Origin: an archaeon
Lineage (GTDB): Archaea > Nanobdellota > Nanobdellia > Pacearchaeales > GW2011-AR1
Direction of reading: 5' to 3'
DNA: 64,000 bases
Assembly (NCBI GenBank): GCA_043815245.1
Contig: JBDRJD010000008.1
Coordinates: 163 to 64,162, forward strand
In this document: in pieces, positions 28,165 through 37,287 of the stretch
How the letters are laid out: every line of letters starts with the position of its first letter
How positions within the stretch are numbered: position 1 is the first letter of the stretch
The notes under the pieces: model-generated
What the model saw: the letters and a program-made list of their open reading frames with translations, nothing else
The model's database searches: none
What the model was told of the DNA's origin: nothing
Translations under genes and position numbers: made by a program

Positions 28165-29370
28165 ATGTGTGGCAAGTGCAAAGGCAGAGGCTACTGTGGG
28201 AAAGCCTGCCCAATTCTAAAGAAATTCAAGGGATTTCTTCCAAAACCCAAGCTCCACTTTTCTGGAAGTTCACCTCCAGAAATCTTTGTAGGAAGGTTTG
28301 GATATCCTCAAATTAACACGGGAATCTTGTCCCCCCAATTCCACGGACAAACAGAGATGTATAGCATGCCAGAAATCTGGGTAGAAAAAAACCTTCAAAT
28401 AAAAGAAATACTAGAGAACAGAGGAAGCTTAGTATACGGAAGATTCAAGAGTAATATCAAAGATTCAAGAAGTCCAAGTAAGCATCTTTCAGTAATGCAA
28501 GAAGTATCTCTTACAAGCAAGGCAGTCTCCACAGAGTTTTTCCTCAAAAAAAAGCCAACCTATAATATTGATTTTGACAAACACGTGCCAATAATTGGAA
28601 ATCCAGCACCAATTGACAAAGTAAGGCTTGAAGAAAATCCTAAAGTCGAGAGAAAAGTAGATTACCTCACTTCTGACCTGCATGTGAAATCTACAATAGC
28701 TATTTCTGAATTATACAAAAGCCAAATACCTGTTAGCAATATAATCAAAATCCTCTCAGCTGGAATGCTAGGAACTGCCTCAAGAAGGAAACTGGTGCCT
28801 ACACGCTGGAGCATTACAGCCACAGACGACACAATTTCAAAACTATTGCTTGACAGAATCCGCTACTACCAAGAAATATCTGAAATTCTCCTGTTTCATG
28901 CAGAATACGTTGGAAACCACTATGAATTCTTACTTCTTCCAGATAAGTTCGCATTTGAAGTTATAGAAGCAAAAATTCCAGGAAGCGTCTGGAATCCAGT
29001 AGGCCAACTTTATCTAGCCCAAGATCATGAAGGTTTTTCTGAAAGAAAAACCTATGCAGATAATGTAACAGGAGCTTATTACTCAAATAGGTTAGCTCTG
29101 TGTGAATATCTTGAAAGCATAAAAAGGCAAGCTTCATGTTTAGTAATGAGAGAATGTCGCCCAGAATATTACGCTCCGCTAGGCACAGGAATTTTAAGAG
29201 AAGCTTCAAGAAAAGCGTTTTCCACTAAACCAGAAAAGTTTTCAAGTATACAATCTGCGCTTGAAGCATCTCAAAAAAGAATGCGCCTACCTATTAAAGT
29301 TTTCAAAAATAAGTCTTGGCTATTAGAAGAATACGGAAAGCAAACTCGCTTAACTCATTTTTTTAACTAG
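28165..29370 (+). CDS. Nre-family (NreA-like) DNA repair protein
   Basis: The track start at 28153 is TTG; I prefer the ATG at 28165. N-terminal Cys cluster CGKCKGRGYCGKACP followed by PPEIFVGRFGYPQINTGILSP, typical of the archaeal Nre N-terminal domain. Confidence 0.65.
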   Translation: MCGKCKGRGYCGKACPILKKFKGFLPKPKLHFSGSSPPEIFVGRFGYPQINTGILSPQFHGQTEMYSMPEIWVEKNLQIKEILENRGSLVYGRFKSNIKDSRSPSKHLSVMQEVSLTSKAVSTEFFLKKKPTYNIDFDKHVPIIGNPAPIDKVRLEENPKVERKVDYLTSDLHVKSTIAISELYKSQIPVSNIIKILSAGMLGTASRRKLVPTRWSITATDDTISKLLLDRIRYYQEISEILLFHAEYVGNHYEFLLLPDKFAFEVIEAKIPGSVWNPVGQLYLAQDHEGFSERKTYADNVTGAYYSNRLALCEYLESIKRQASCLVMRECRPEYYAPLGTGILREASRKAFSTKPEKFSSIQSALEASQKRMRLPIKVFKNKSWLLEEYGKQTRLTHFFN

Positions 29371-29758
29371 CTTTTATTTTACCTTGTAAAGTTCCTTCTC
29401 CAGTAAAAATCTGAATATCATAATCTAACTCACTTTTTAATACACAGGTAAAAACTAATCCTTCAGAAACATTTCCCGGGAGGATTTCCAAAGGAGCAAC
29501 TTCATAAACCTTAGCTCCACATCCATCCACATCTATTTTGTTAATCTCAATTGACTGCTCACCAGTATTCTCTAATTTAAAACCCAGCCCCGAAGATGAA
29601 AAACTATAACTCTGACAAAATAAAGGTTCTTCTACTCTACAACCTTCATCAAAATTAAACACAACATAAGAAGTTAATCTATCTCTAAAAAAAATAGAGA
29701 ATACAACTAGTATCACCAAAATAATTATAATTATTAGAGCAATCTTCCACTTTTTCAT
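29363..29758 (-). CDS. Membrane-anchored hypothetical protein
   Basis: 131 aa. N-terminal TM helix (IALIIIIILVILVVFSIFF) and a beta-rich ectodomain without a known motif. Confidence 0.45.
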   Translation of the reverse strand: MKKWKIALIIIIILVILVVFSIFFRDRLTSYVVFNFDEGCRVEEPLFCQSYSFSSSGLGFKLENTGEQSIEINKIDVDGCGAKVYEVAPLEILPGNVSEGLVFTCVLKSELDYDIQIFTGEGTLQGKIKAS

Positions 29759-29788
29759 TTTTAAGATAAGAAAAACAAATTTATAAAT

Positions 29789-31522
29789 TTATTGAACTTT
29801 CTCCCAAGGATGCCTACAAGTAAACTCCCCAGCTTCACTTATACAACTACCACAAACAGAAGCCGCACACCTAATCATCCTTTCCCTAGAGGAATAAATA
29901 TGTGATCCTGAAACACGCTTTTCAATTGCTTCAACAGCATCAAGCATCCCCCTAGGTCCACAGTTAAAAAAATAACTTCCCGGCATTAACTTTCCACTTT
30001 TATAAGCATCTTCCAATAAGTGTCCAACATTTCCTGCAGTACCAACATCACCCGCTTCACTAATAACCTTCAGACTCTCTGGTGAGGGTGTATAATCAGT
30101 AAACATGCTAATAAATGGTCTAATATTTGAAAAATTCTTTGCTCCAAGATACACTTGTAAAGCATAGTTAGCATCTTCACCCCCTGTATCCTTTGCAATT
30201 AAAGGCAAGCTCGCCACCCCGCAACCACCCCCTACTAAAACAACAGAAGAATGATTAGGAATCCTAATCCCCCCTCTAGCCAAAGAATCATGAAAAACAA
30301 TCGGATCTCCATAAGGTCCTCTAAAATAAAAACTATCTCCTTCTTCAAGCTTATTAAACTCTCCAGTAAAATGTCCTCTGCTCATTACAGCAATAGTCAA
30401 TGGCCTACCAACAACAGAAAACGGCTTCTCACTCAATCCAGGTATCATGGCCATGATATACTGACCCGCATGTGCAGTAGGATGAAGAACTCTAGTTTCA
30501 AAAATATTAAAATCATCCCCTGCAGGAGTTTTCTTTGTAATTTCAGCTGTCCTATACTTCATATTATGGTTTCTCGCTATTTCTTCTAAAAAAATCTCAG
30601 CATTCTGGTAATTATCCGGATCTAAATCATTTTCAATAGTTTCGAGAAATCCTGAAACCGCTCTACTATCCATTCCCCTAAACACACTTCCCATAAATTG
30701 CAGATTAGCTCCAGCTTCTTTTATTTCTCTAATATCTTGCGCTGAAGAAATACCTCCCCCTCCAATAATAAATGCTTCAGGAACTCTTTGCTTTATCTGT
30801 CTCACAGAATTCAAAGCTAGTGGAAAAATACCTCTTCCACTTAATCCTCCAACCTTATTATATAAAACTGGCTTTCCATCAACACTAAAATACCCTGGCC
30901 CCGCTGTATTTATTGCAGTGATTCCGTAAGCTCCTGCATTTATAGCAGCTTCAGCAACATCAGCAATATTCGGAATCGGCCCTAACTTTGCAAAAACCAG
31001 CTTATCAGTTTCTTCAACAACAGCTTTAGTAATAGCCCCCACTAACTCAGGATCTTGCCCAATAGCAAGCCCCACTTTTTTAGAGTGCGGACAAGAATAA
31101 TTTAACTCAATACCATCTCCTATTTCTTTTAACTCCCTAACAACCTTAACAAACTCTTCAATATCTCGACCAAAAACAGAAATCATTAAAAATTTATCAT
31201 CTGGAATAACAATGCCTTCTAAAGTCTGCCTCATCCCTGAAGCTCCAGGGTTACTCAATCCTACAGCATTCATATAACTTCCTGGTGCATATTGAAGAAA
31301 AATAGATTCTCTATTTGCATGTCTCATTGAATCGAAATTAAGAACTTCCGCCCCTTCAGGAATGTATTTTCCATCCCAGTTCGTGCTCTTTATAACTACC
31401 ATTCCTAATTGAGAAAGTCCTAAAGCAAATCTTATTCCAGCTTCTGTAGTTGCTATGACACCAGAAGGAAGAGCTAACTGATTTACTTCCTTCCCACCTA
31501 CTAAAACTTTCTCAAGCGTCAT
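29789..31522 (-). CDS. pyrD: Dihydroorotate dehydrogenase (class 1B-like catalytic domain) fused to a PyrK-like FAD/NAD/2Fe-2S electron-transfer domain
   Basis: 577 aa. N-terminal domain with GLSNPG, ELNYSCPH (active-site Cys) and IGGGGISS. C-terminal domain with KPFSV (FAD), VVLVGGGCGVASL (NAD) and a terminal Cys cluster CAASVCGSCISEAGEFTC. Confidence 0.8.
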   Translation of the reverse strand: MTLEKVLVGGKEVNQLALPSGVIATTEAGIRFALGLSQLGMVVIKSTNWDGKYIPEGAEVLNFDSMRHANRESIFLQYAPGSYMNAVGLSNPGASGMRQTLEGIVIPDDKFLMISVFGRDIEEFVKVVRELKEIGDGIELNYSCPHSKKVGLAIGQDPELVGAITKAVVEETDKLVFAKLGPIPNIADVAEAAINAGAYGITAINTAGPGYFSVDGKPVLYNKVGGLSGRGIFPLALNSVRQIKQRVPEAFIIGGGGISSAQDIREIKEAGANLQFMGSVFRGMDSRAVSGFLETIENDLDPDNYQNAEIFLEEIARNHNMKYRTAEITKKTPAGDDFNIFETRVLHPTAHAGQYIMAMIPGLSEKPFSVVGRPLTIAVMSRGHFTGEFNKLEEGDSFYFRGPYGDPIVFHDSLARGGIRIPNHSSVVLVGGGCGVASLPLIAKDTGGEDANYALQVYLGAKNFSNIRPFISMFTDYTPSPESLKVISEAGDVGTAGNVGHLLEDAYKSGKLMPGSYFFNCGPRGMLDAVEAIEKRVSGSHIYSSRERMIRCAASVCGSCISEAGEFTCRHPWEKVQ

Positions 31523-32591
31523 CTTTTTTTAAAAATTTATACGGATTAAATGTATACCTTTCAACATGCTTTCCAATCTTTCCTCTTAATCCTAGTTTAG
31601 CTTCAATCTGGGTTCCATAAATTTTATTAACATTATAAAAAGTCATCTTATCCAGATCTGCTTGCAAAGCTCCTCTACCTCTTAGCATCATAATAATCTC
31701 TGGCCACGCTGCAAATTGAGGCAATCCAGACATGTGGCTAAATACTTTCTCATCCAAAGTATGCGGTGCATGATCAGATTCAAGTGTATCTATCATTCCC
31801 CGCAAAAAACATCCTAATAATTCATCTCTTGTTGTTGGAGGTCTAATCGGAGGATTCACCTTCAAGTATACTCCTCCCAAAGTATACATTTGCTCTGTAC
31901 TTAAAATTAAATGTGCAGGATTCACTCCACAGCTTATTTTTAAGTTTCCTCTTTCACCATCTACTAACTCCGCCCCAGTCGGCGTAGTAACATGCGCAAT
32001 ATGCAACCTTCCTTCATATCCTGCTCGTTTAGCAAAATCAATTTGATCATAAATTGACTCAGTCTCAGCTTGTTCTGGCTGAGCATCATTATGGGTCCAC
32101 GGCATAACTGCAGTAAACTTTCTTCTTTCAATAAATGCTTCTTTTTCACAATGCACTACTAATGGCCCCTTGTATCCCGCATCAGTTAAAACTTCATAAA
32201 CTCGTTTCTGATCATCTTCATCAACTATAGCTAGATCGCCAGTAGACCTTCCTGCAAACATTTTCAAACCTACCACCCCCCTTTCACCTTCAAAAGTTCC
32301 AGGATTAAACTCATCATACATCTGCACAGCCCCTACTATCTGTCCAGGATCAGAAGTCACTCCAACAAACAGCCCATAAAAAGTCCCATTCTGATGTTTT
32401 TCTTGAGCCTGCCTTGCTAGCTCCAGTCTATGCTTAACTCTCTCTCTTGTAGTAGTTTCAGGTTTGTTATTTGGCATATCAAAAAGTCCTATCACTCCGC
32501 AATCAGGAGCAATTCCAATCATATGCTCAATTGTTTCCCCTTTTCCGGCCCACCCTTCATCCCTACAATGTACATGACTGTCAATAATCAT
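31512..32591 (-). CDS. pyrC: Dihydroorotase-like amidohydrolase
   Basis: 359 aa. IIDSHVHC (HxH), GLKMFAG (candidate carboxylated Lys), VVHCE, HIAHVTT, SDHAPH. 11-nt overlap with the pyrD fusion. Confidence 0.75.
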   Translation of the reverse strand: MIIDSHVHCRDEGWAGKGETIEHMIGIAPDCGVIGLFDMPNNKPETTTRERVKHRLELARQAQEKHQNGTFYGLFVGVTSDPGQIVGAVQMYDEFNPGTFEGERGVVGLKMFAGRSTGDLAIVDEDDQKRVYEVLTDAGYKGPLVVHCEKEAFIERRKFTAVMPWTHNDAQPEQAETESIYDQIDFAKRAGYEGRLHIAHVTTPTGAELVDGERGNLKISCGVNPAHLILSTEQMYTLGGVYLKVNPPIRPPTTRDELLGCFLRGMIDTLESDHAPHTLDEKVFSHMSGLPQFAAWPEIIMMLRGRGALQADLDKMTFYNVNKIYGTQIEAKLGLRGKIGKHVERYTFNPYKFLKKDDA

Positions 32592-32699
32592 AAATCTTCA
32601 TAAAACCAAAAATATATAAATCTACTGCAGAATTCTTTACCACTTCATTTAGATGAACAATATTTATATATAAACTGATTATAAGTATACTCAAGAAAA

Positions 32700-33692
32700 A
32701 TGGGGTATGATGAACAGGTTGCTGGAGCAGCATTAAGAATTAAGGCGATAGACGTGCGCCCAGACAATCCGTTTACATGGGCTTCAGGGTTTAGGATGCC
32801 CATTTATAATGATAATAGAATGCATCTTCGCTACCCAGATAACAGAACACTCATAACTTCAGCTTTTATGGGCGCTGTTGAAGCAAATAGCATCCCAATA
32901 GATTTTATTACAGGGACTTCAACAGCAGGAATTGCACCTGCAGCAGGACTAGCTCAAAGACTAAACCTCCCCATGGGTATAATAGAGGGGGACGGAGATA
33001 GCGCCTTGCTCCATCAGTTTTCTCCGGCAAGAATCGAAAAAATGATGTACAAAGTGGGGGGGATTGATGGGGAAAAATATGATTTAGTTGTTTCAACATG
33101 CCCTGCATCAATCATTCCAGGAGTCTGGTATGCCAACCATCACAATCTTCCTCTTGCATACGTAAGAGAAAAAGTGAAAGGTCATGGAAAAGAACAACAG
33201 ATTGAGGGCATTGTTGAAAAAGGCGATCACGTCCTATTACTTGATTTCCATAATAAATATACTTATATTGAGGAAGCTATAAAAGCAATAAGAAATGCTG
33301 GAGCAGTAGATAAAAAAGTGTTATCAGAAGATATTCTTGACACTTATGAAACACCACAAATTAAAGGTAAAAGAATATTACATGTTGAAGACCTTGTAAG
33401 TACAGGAGGTAGCTGTATAGACGAGATTAAAGCATGGAGGAGAAATGGTGCACTGGTCAGTGATTGTGTGGCCATATTCTCTTATGATTTTCCAGAAACT
33501 CTTAATCATTTTGCAGAGATGGGGATTAATCTACACCCCACACTAACTTACGCAGTACTGCTAGAAACAGCCGTAAAGACGGAATATATAACCCAAGAAC
33601 AGCAGGCAATGTTGGCAAGTTGGAGTGAAGATCCATTTAATTGGGGAGCTCTTCATGGTTTTCCAAAAGTAGAAAAGCAAAAGAAAAAATAA
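32700..33692 (+). CDS. pyrE: Orotate phosphoribosyltransferase with a large internal insertion/partial duplication
   Basis: 330 aa. FTWASGFRMPIYND hood region and an intact PRPP loop ILHVEDLVSTGGS. A second degenerate copy (LPLAYVREKVKGHGKEQQIEG..GDHVLLLDFHNKYT) lies between them. Confidence 0.75.
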   Translation: MGYDEQVAGAALRIKAIDVRPDNPFTWASGFRMPIYNDNRMHLRYPDNRTLITSAFMGAVEANSIPIDFITGTSTAGIAPAAGLAQRLNLPMGIIEGDGDSALLHQFSPARIEKMMYKVGGIDGEKYDLVVSTCPASIIPGVWYANHHNLPLAYVREKVKGHGKEQQIEGIVEKGDHVLLLDFHNKYTYIEEAIKAIRNAGAVDKKVLSEDILDTYETPQIKGKRILHVEDLVSTGGSCIDEIKAWRRNGALVSDCVAIFSYDFPETLNHFAEMGINLHPTLTYAVLLETAVKTEYITQEQQAMLASWSEDPFNWGALHGFPKVEKQKKK

Positions 33693-33698
33693 TTTATA

Positions 33699-34574
33699 AT
33701 GACCGAAACTAAATTTCAAACACAGTGGCAAGAAGCAGTTAGCAAGAAGAACAGTGTTCTCTGTGCAGGGCTTGATCCTGCAGAATTTGCAATGGGCCGG
33801 GGAGACAAAGGCTTGCCCGAAGGAGTTGACAAAGGTAAATGGGCAATTAGCTACATTGAAGCAGTTGCCCCATACTGTGCAGCAGTAAAACCTAATTTCA
33901 GATATTGGGAAGCAGATGGTGACGTAACAGTGCTTAAGGATATTTACACCATGGCTCATGAACTTGGAATGGTGTTAATAGATGACGCAAAACTAGCTGA
34001 CATTGGCTCTACAAATGAAGCAGGAGTTTTTTACTCAGCTCAAAGAGCAGATGCAGTAACATTTGTGCCTTTTCCGGGAAATATGCAAGAAGCTGCAGAA
34101 CAAGGAAAAAAATGGGGGATTGGTGTAATTCCAATGTGCTTAATGAGTAATCCAGAATACGCAGCAGAAAAAAACAAGCTAGTAGAAGGAGGAGAGGACA
34201 GTTTTCAGAGACCAGACTTAATCCGATTAGGAGACAGATCATACGTAAGACAATATGTACAACTCGCACAAAGTGCAGGATTCCATGGATTAGACGCATT
34301 AGTAATCGGAGCACCAAGTGCAAAAAACCACATACAGGAACGCGAAATCGAAACAGTGAGGAGATATGTTGGGGATAGCATGCTAGTTTTACTTCCCGGA
34401 GTAGGTGCACAAGGAGGAGAAGCAGATGCAATCTGGAAATATTTTGACAAAGATAATGTAATTGTGAACAACGGTAGAGCAATGATGTTTCCAAATGGCG
34501 CAGAATCTACACCAAAACAGCAAGCTGCTGCAGCTCAACAATATAAGGGCATGCTTAACACTCTCAGAGCATAA
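33699..34574 (+). CDS. pyrF: Orotidine-5'-phosphate decarboxylase (long/type 2)
   Basis: 291 aa. LCAGLDP and DDAKLADIGSTN (DxKxxDIxxT) motifs. Confidence 0.8.
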   Translation: MTETKFQTQWQEAVSKKNSVLCAGLDPAEFAMGRGDKGLPEGVDKGKWAISYIEAVAPYCAAVKPNFRYWEADGDVTVLKDIYTMAHELGMVLIDDAKLADIGSTNEAGVFYSAQRADAVTFVPFPGNMQEAAEQGKKWGIGVIPMCLMSNPEYAAEKNKLVEGGEDSFQRPDLIRLGDRSYVRQYVQLAQSAGFHGLDALVIGAPSAKNHIQEREIETVRRYVGDSMLVLLPGVGAQGGEADAIWKYFDKDNVIVNNGRAMMFPNGAESTPKQQAAAAQQYKGMLNTLRA

Positions 34575-34576
34575 GA

Positions 34577-35155
34577 CTAACTAGCAAGCACAATCAGCAG
34601 CGCTTCAATAACCCCTGCAAGAATTAAAAACGGAATTATGACAAGTAAAAATACCTTCAAACAGTTTTCAAAAATATACTTGAAACCTTTATTTTTCTTT
34701 ATCTTATCTTTTATAAAAATATAAACTCCCATCCTCAGCCCAAGCGCCAAAGCTAAAAACAAAGCTGGAATCTCAAAAATGCCATGAGGAACAAGCTGCA
34801 ATAACGGCAAAAATCCAGCCTCACTAACAACAGAATTACTCACAAAACCTAAAACATATCCATTAAAAAAACTCAAAATTAAAGGAAAAATTCCAAGAAC
34901 AATTCCAAAAAGCATCCCAAAAAAGCTCACAGTAATATTATTCTGGATAATAAAAACAGCTAACTGCAAAAAGTTCATTCCTTCTGTCTGAGAGACTACT
35001 TGCTGAATAAACTGCTGTATTGTCTCTACAAAAAAAATAGGAAAAAGAAACCCGAACAAAGCCGATAAAAAAAACAAACCAACAACTAAATAAATATAAT
35101 TCCTAGACTCTTTAATAAATTCCCAGCTTTCTTTATATAAATCCAATAAACCCAT
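34577..35155 (-). CDS. SpoIIM/DUF95-like integral membrane protein
   Basis: 192 aa, 5-6 TM helices. VPHGIFEIPALFLALALG motif characteristic of the family. Confidence 0.6.
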   Translation of the reverse strand: MGLLDLYKESWEFIKESRNYIYLVVGLFFLSALFGFLFPIFFVETIQQFIQQVVSQTEGMNFLQLAVFIIQNNITVSFFGMLFGIVLGIFPLILSFFNGYVLGFVSNSVVSEAGFLPLLQLVPHGIFEIPALFLALALGLRMGVYIFIKDKIKKNKGFKYIFENCLKVFLLVIIPFLILAGVIEALLIVLAS

Positions 35156-35185
35156 TTTATTATAAGCAAAGGTATTCTTTTAAAC

Positions 35186-35881
35186 CTAGCGAAACATTTT
35201 ACTCAACATTAAAACCTTTTTCCTGTACCTCTTCCTTAAATAAGCCCCATAAACTAACCCCGCTAAGAAACCTCCCAAGTGAGCCGTGTTCCCAATAGGA
35301 AAACCAGAAGCAGCAGAAGCCACCCAAGTAACAATCAACACAAGAGGAACCATTACATAACCTGGAAGTGAGAAAAAAGGTAAGAAAATTATCATAAATC
35401 TAATCTTAGGTAACAAAACAACAAAAAGTCCTGCAATTGCGAATATCGCTCCAGAAGCTCCGACTGCAGAACTATCAATACTCCCGAAAATTCTAGCTCC
35501 CAGATCAACCCCGCCAAAAGCTCCTGCCAGAACAACAAATAACAATCCTGCAACAATTCCTGAAATCAAATAAAAAGCTAAAAATCTTCTCCTACCAATT
35601 ATTTTCTCGCAAAGCCCACCTAAAGAAAATAGGACAAACATATTAATAAGCAAATGGGCAATGCCCCCATGCATAAACATGCTAGTAACCAAGGTCCAAA
35701 GGTACTTTCCTTGTAAAGTCAGTTCCGGACTTAAAGCAATATACTTAATCTTATCAGGAGTAAAAAAACCAGTTAAAACTACAACTAAAAAAAATAGAAC
35801 ATTTATGATAATTAACCATAAAGTTACACTCAAATTATTAAAAAAAGCAGGAGACACCCTCCTCTTATGCCTTCGATTCAT
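35186..35881 (-). CDS. Rhomboid-family intramembrane serine protease
   Basis: 231 aa. MHGGIAHLLINM, catalytic GASGAIFAIAG (GxSG) and HLGGFLAGLVYG (His). Confidence 0.85.
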   Translation of the reverse strand: MNRRHKRRVSPAFFNNLSVTLWLIIINVLFFLVVVLTGFFTPDKIKYIALSPELTLQGKYLWTLVTSMFMHGGIAHLLINMFVLFSLGGLCEKIIGRRRFLAFYLISGIVAGLLFVVLAGAFGGVDLGARIFGSIDSSAVGASGAIFAIAGLFVVLLPKIRFMIIFLPFFSLPGYVMVPLVLIVTWVASAASGFPIGNTAHLGGFLAGLVYGAYLRKRYRKKVLMLSKMFR

Positions 35882-35897
35882 TGTATCTCTTTAATTT

Positions 35898-36605
35898 TCA
35901 TTGTTTCTTTTTCTTCTTAGCTTTTTTCTTAGCCTTTACAACCTTCTTCTTAACCTTCTTCACCTTTTTTGCAACCTTCTTTACAGTTTTAGCTCTTAAA
36001 GCTTTCCTAGCTTTCTGTTTAGCCTTCTTAATCTTCAGCGCCTCTCTAGCAAGCCTCTTGTCTTCCTTTTCTCTAATCTTATCAATCTCTACATCAATCT
36101 TGCCTACTTCAGAATCAATCTTAGAAATCCTGGCCTTTAACTCACTTATAACTTTCGGGGCTTCGCTAAGCTCATAAATATTACCACACTCTCTACAAGT
36201 AAAACTATTATTAAGAGCAGTTTCCTCACTTATCTCCACAGTGCAAGTCTTACATAAATAAAAGTTTTTAGTCTGCCTACTCTTTAGCACATTAAGTAAG
36301 TGCCCTTTTTCATCTTCAAGATTCTTCTTAGCTAATTCAAGTGATTTAAGAGTACTAAGAGTCCAAAAATAAGTGTACCAACCTTTCCTTTTATCCTTCT
36401 TCCTAATAAAAGAGACTAAACCATAGTCAGAGAGCCTATAAAGTATATTCCTAGTCTGATTTATAGTCAACCCTAGCCTCTTAGCAATTAAAAACTCATT
36501 AACATTAGACCTTCCAAAAAGCAAATCCACCACTTCCTCAGACTGCTTAGTTATGATCTTACTCAACAATTTTTTGATAATATCCTTAAGAACCTTGTCT
36601 TTCAT
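35898..36605 (-). CDS. tfe: Transcription factor E (TFIIE-alpha homolog) with a coiled-coil and Lys-rich C-terminal tail
   Basis: 235 aa. wHTH (NEFLIAKRLGLTINQTRNILYRLSDYGLVSF..KGWYTYFW), zinc ribbon CKTC..x16..CREC, then a K-rich tail (..KKVKKVKKKVVKAKKKAKKKKKQ). Confidence 0.8.
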   Translation of the reverse strand: MKDKVLKDIIKKLLSKIITKQSEEVVDLLFGRSNVNEFLIAKRLGLTINQTRNILYRLSDYGLVSFIRKKDKRKGWYTYFWTLSTLKSLELAKKNLEDEKGHLLNVLKSRQTKNFYLCKTCTVEISEETALNNSFTCRECGNIYELSEAPKVISELKARISKIDSEVGKIDVEIDKIREKEDKRLAREALKIKKAKQKARKALRAKTVKKVAKKVKKVKKKVVKAKKKAKKKKKQ

Positions 36606-36710
36606 TATATTCTACAAATCCACTAGCATAAATACTTTTCGTTTTTTTCAGTAACTACTATATAATTTATACAAAGCTATTTATAGTAATTTTAAAATTA
36701 TAATTTTATT

Positions 36711-37286
36711 ATGGCGCTATTTAAAAAGAATAAAAAGGAGGCCTTCCCTGAAAGATCTGATATCCCTTCTCTTCCAGAATTGCCTCCATTGCCAGAGTCT
36801 TCTGAGCTTTCTCCAAGGTTTGCTGGAAATGATCTAAGTTCTCTACCTAGTTTCCCTGGATCTTCGTCTGGTGATAGGATGAGCCAGGAAGTTGTAAAAG
36901 AAGCTGTTAAAGAACCATTTAAAATTCCTGAAAGGAAGATGTTGCCTCCTTCTGGGTTAAAAGAGGGTAAGTTAACTTTTGAGATGGCACCAATAGAGGC
37001 ACCTTCCTTACCTGCTCCTCCTGTTATGCCTATAAGATCTTATTCCCCACCCATTACCCCTAGAAGAGATGAGCCTATTTTTATAAGAATTGATAAATTT
37101 GAAGAAGCCGTAGAAACATTTGAGATAGTAAAAAATAAACTTTCAGAAATTGAGTCTTCTCTAAAAGAATTAAAAAACATAAAAGACAAAGAAGAAAAAG
37201 AACTTGATAACTGGGAAGCAGAAATAGAAAAGATAAAACTAAAGATAGATAACGTAGATAAGAGGGTCTTTAACAAGTTAGATTAA
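36711..37286 (+). CDS. Pro/Ser-rich plus coiled-coil hypothetical protein
   Basis: 191 aa. Low-complexity P/S-rich N-half. The C-half PIFIRIDKFEEAVETFEIVKNKL.. is a heptad-like coiled coil. Confidence 0.5.
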   Translation: MALFKKNKKEAFPERSDIPSLPELPPLPESSELSPRFAGNDLSSLPSFPGSSSGDRMSQEVVKEAVKEPFKIPERKMLPPSGLKEGKLTFEMAPIEAPSLPAPPVMPIRSYSPPITPRRDEPIFIRIDKFEEAVETFEIVKNKLSEIESSLKELKNIKDKEEKELDNWEAEIEKIKLKIDNVDKRVFNKLD

Positions 37287-37287
37287 A

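Noticed and set aside
33561-34494. Track ORFs 33561-33959 (-), 34009-34494 (-) and 34205-34471 (-)
   Set aside because: These are antisense shadows inside pyrE/pyrF. Their composition is Cys/Leu/Phe-rich and junk-like, while the sense strand carries clear pyrE/pyrF motifs.
35881-36177. Track ORF 35881-36177 (+), Phe/Leu-rich
   Set aside because: It is the antisense shadow of the Lys-rich tail of TFE (AAG/AAA repeats read as CTT/TTT).
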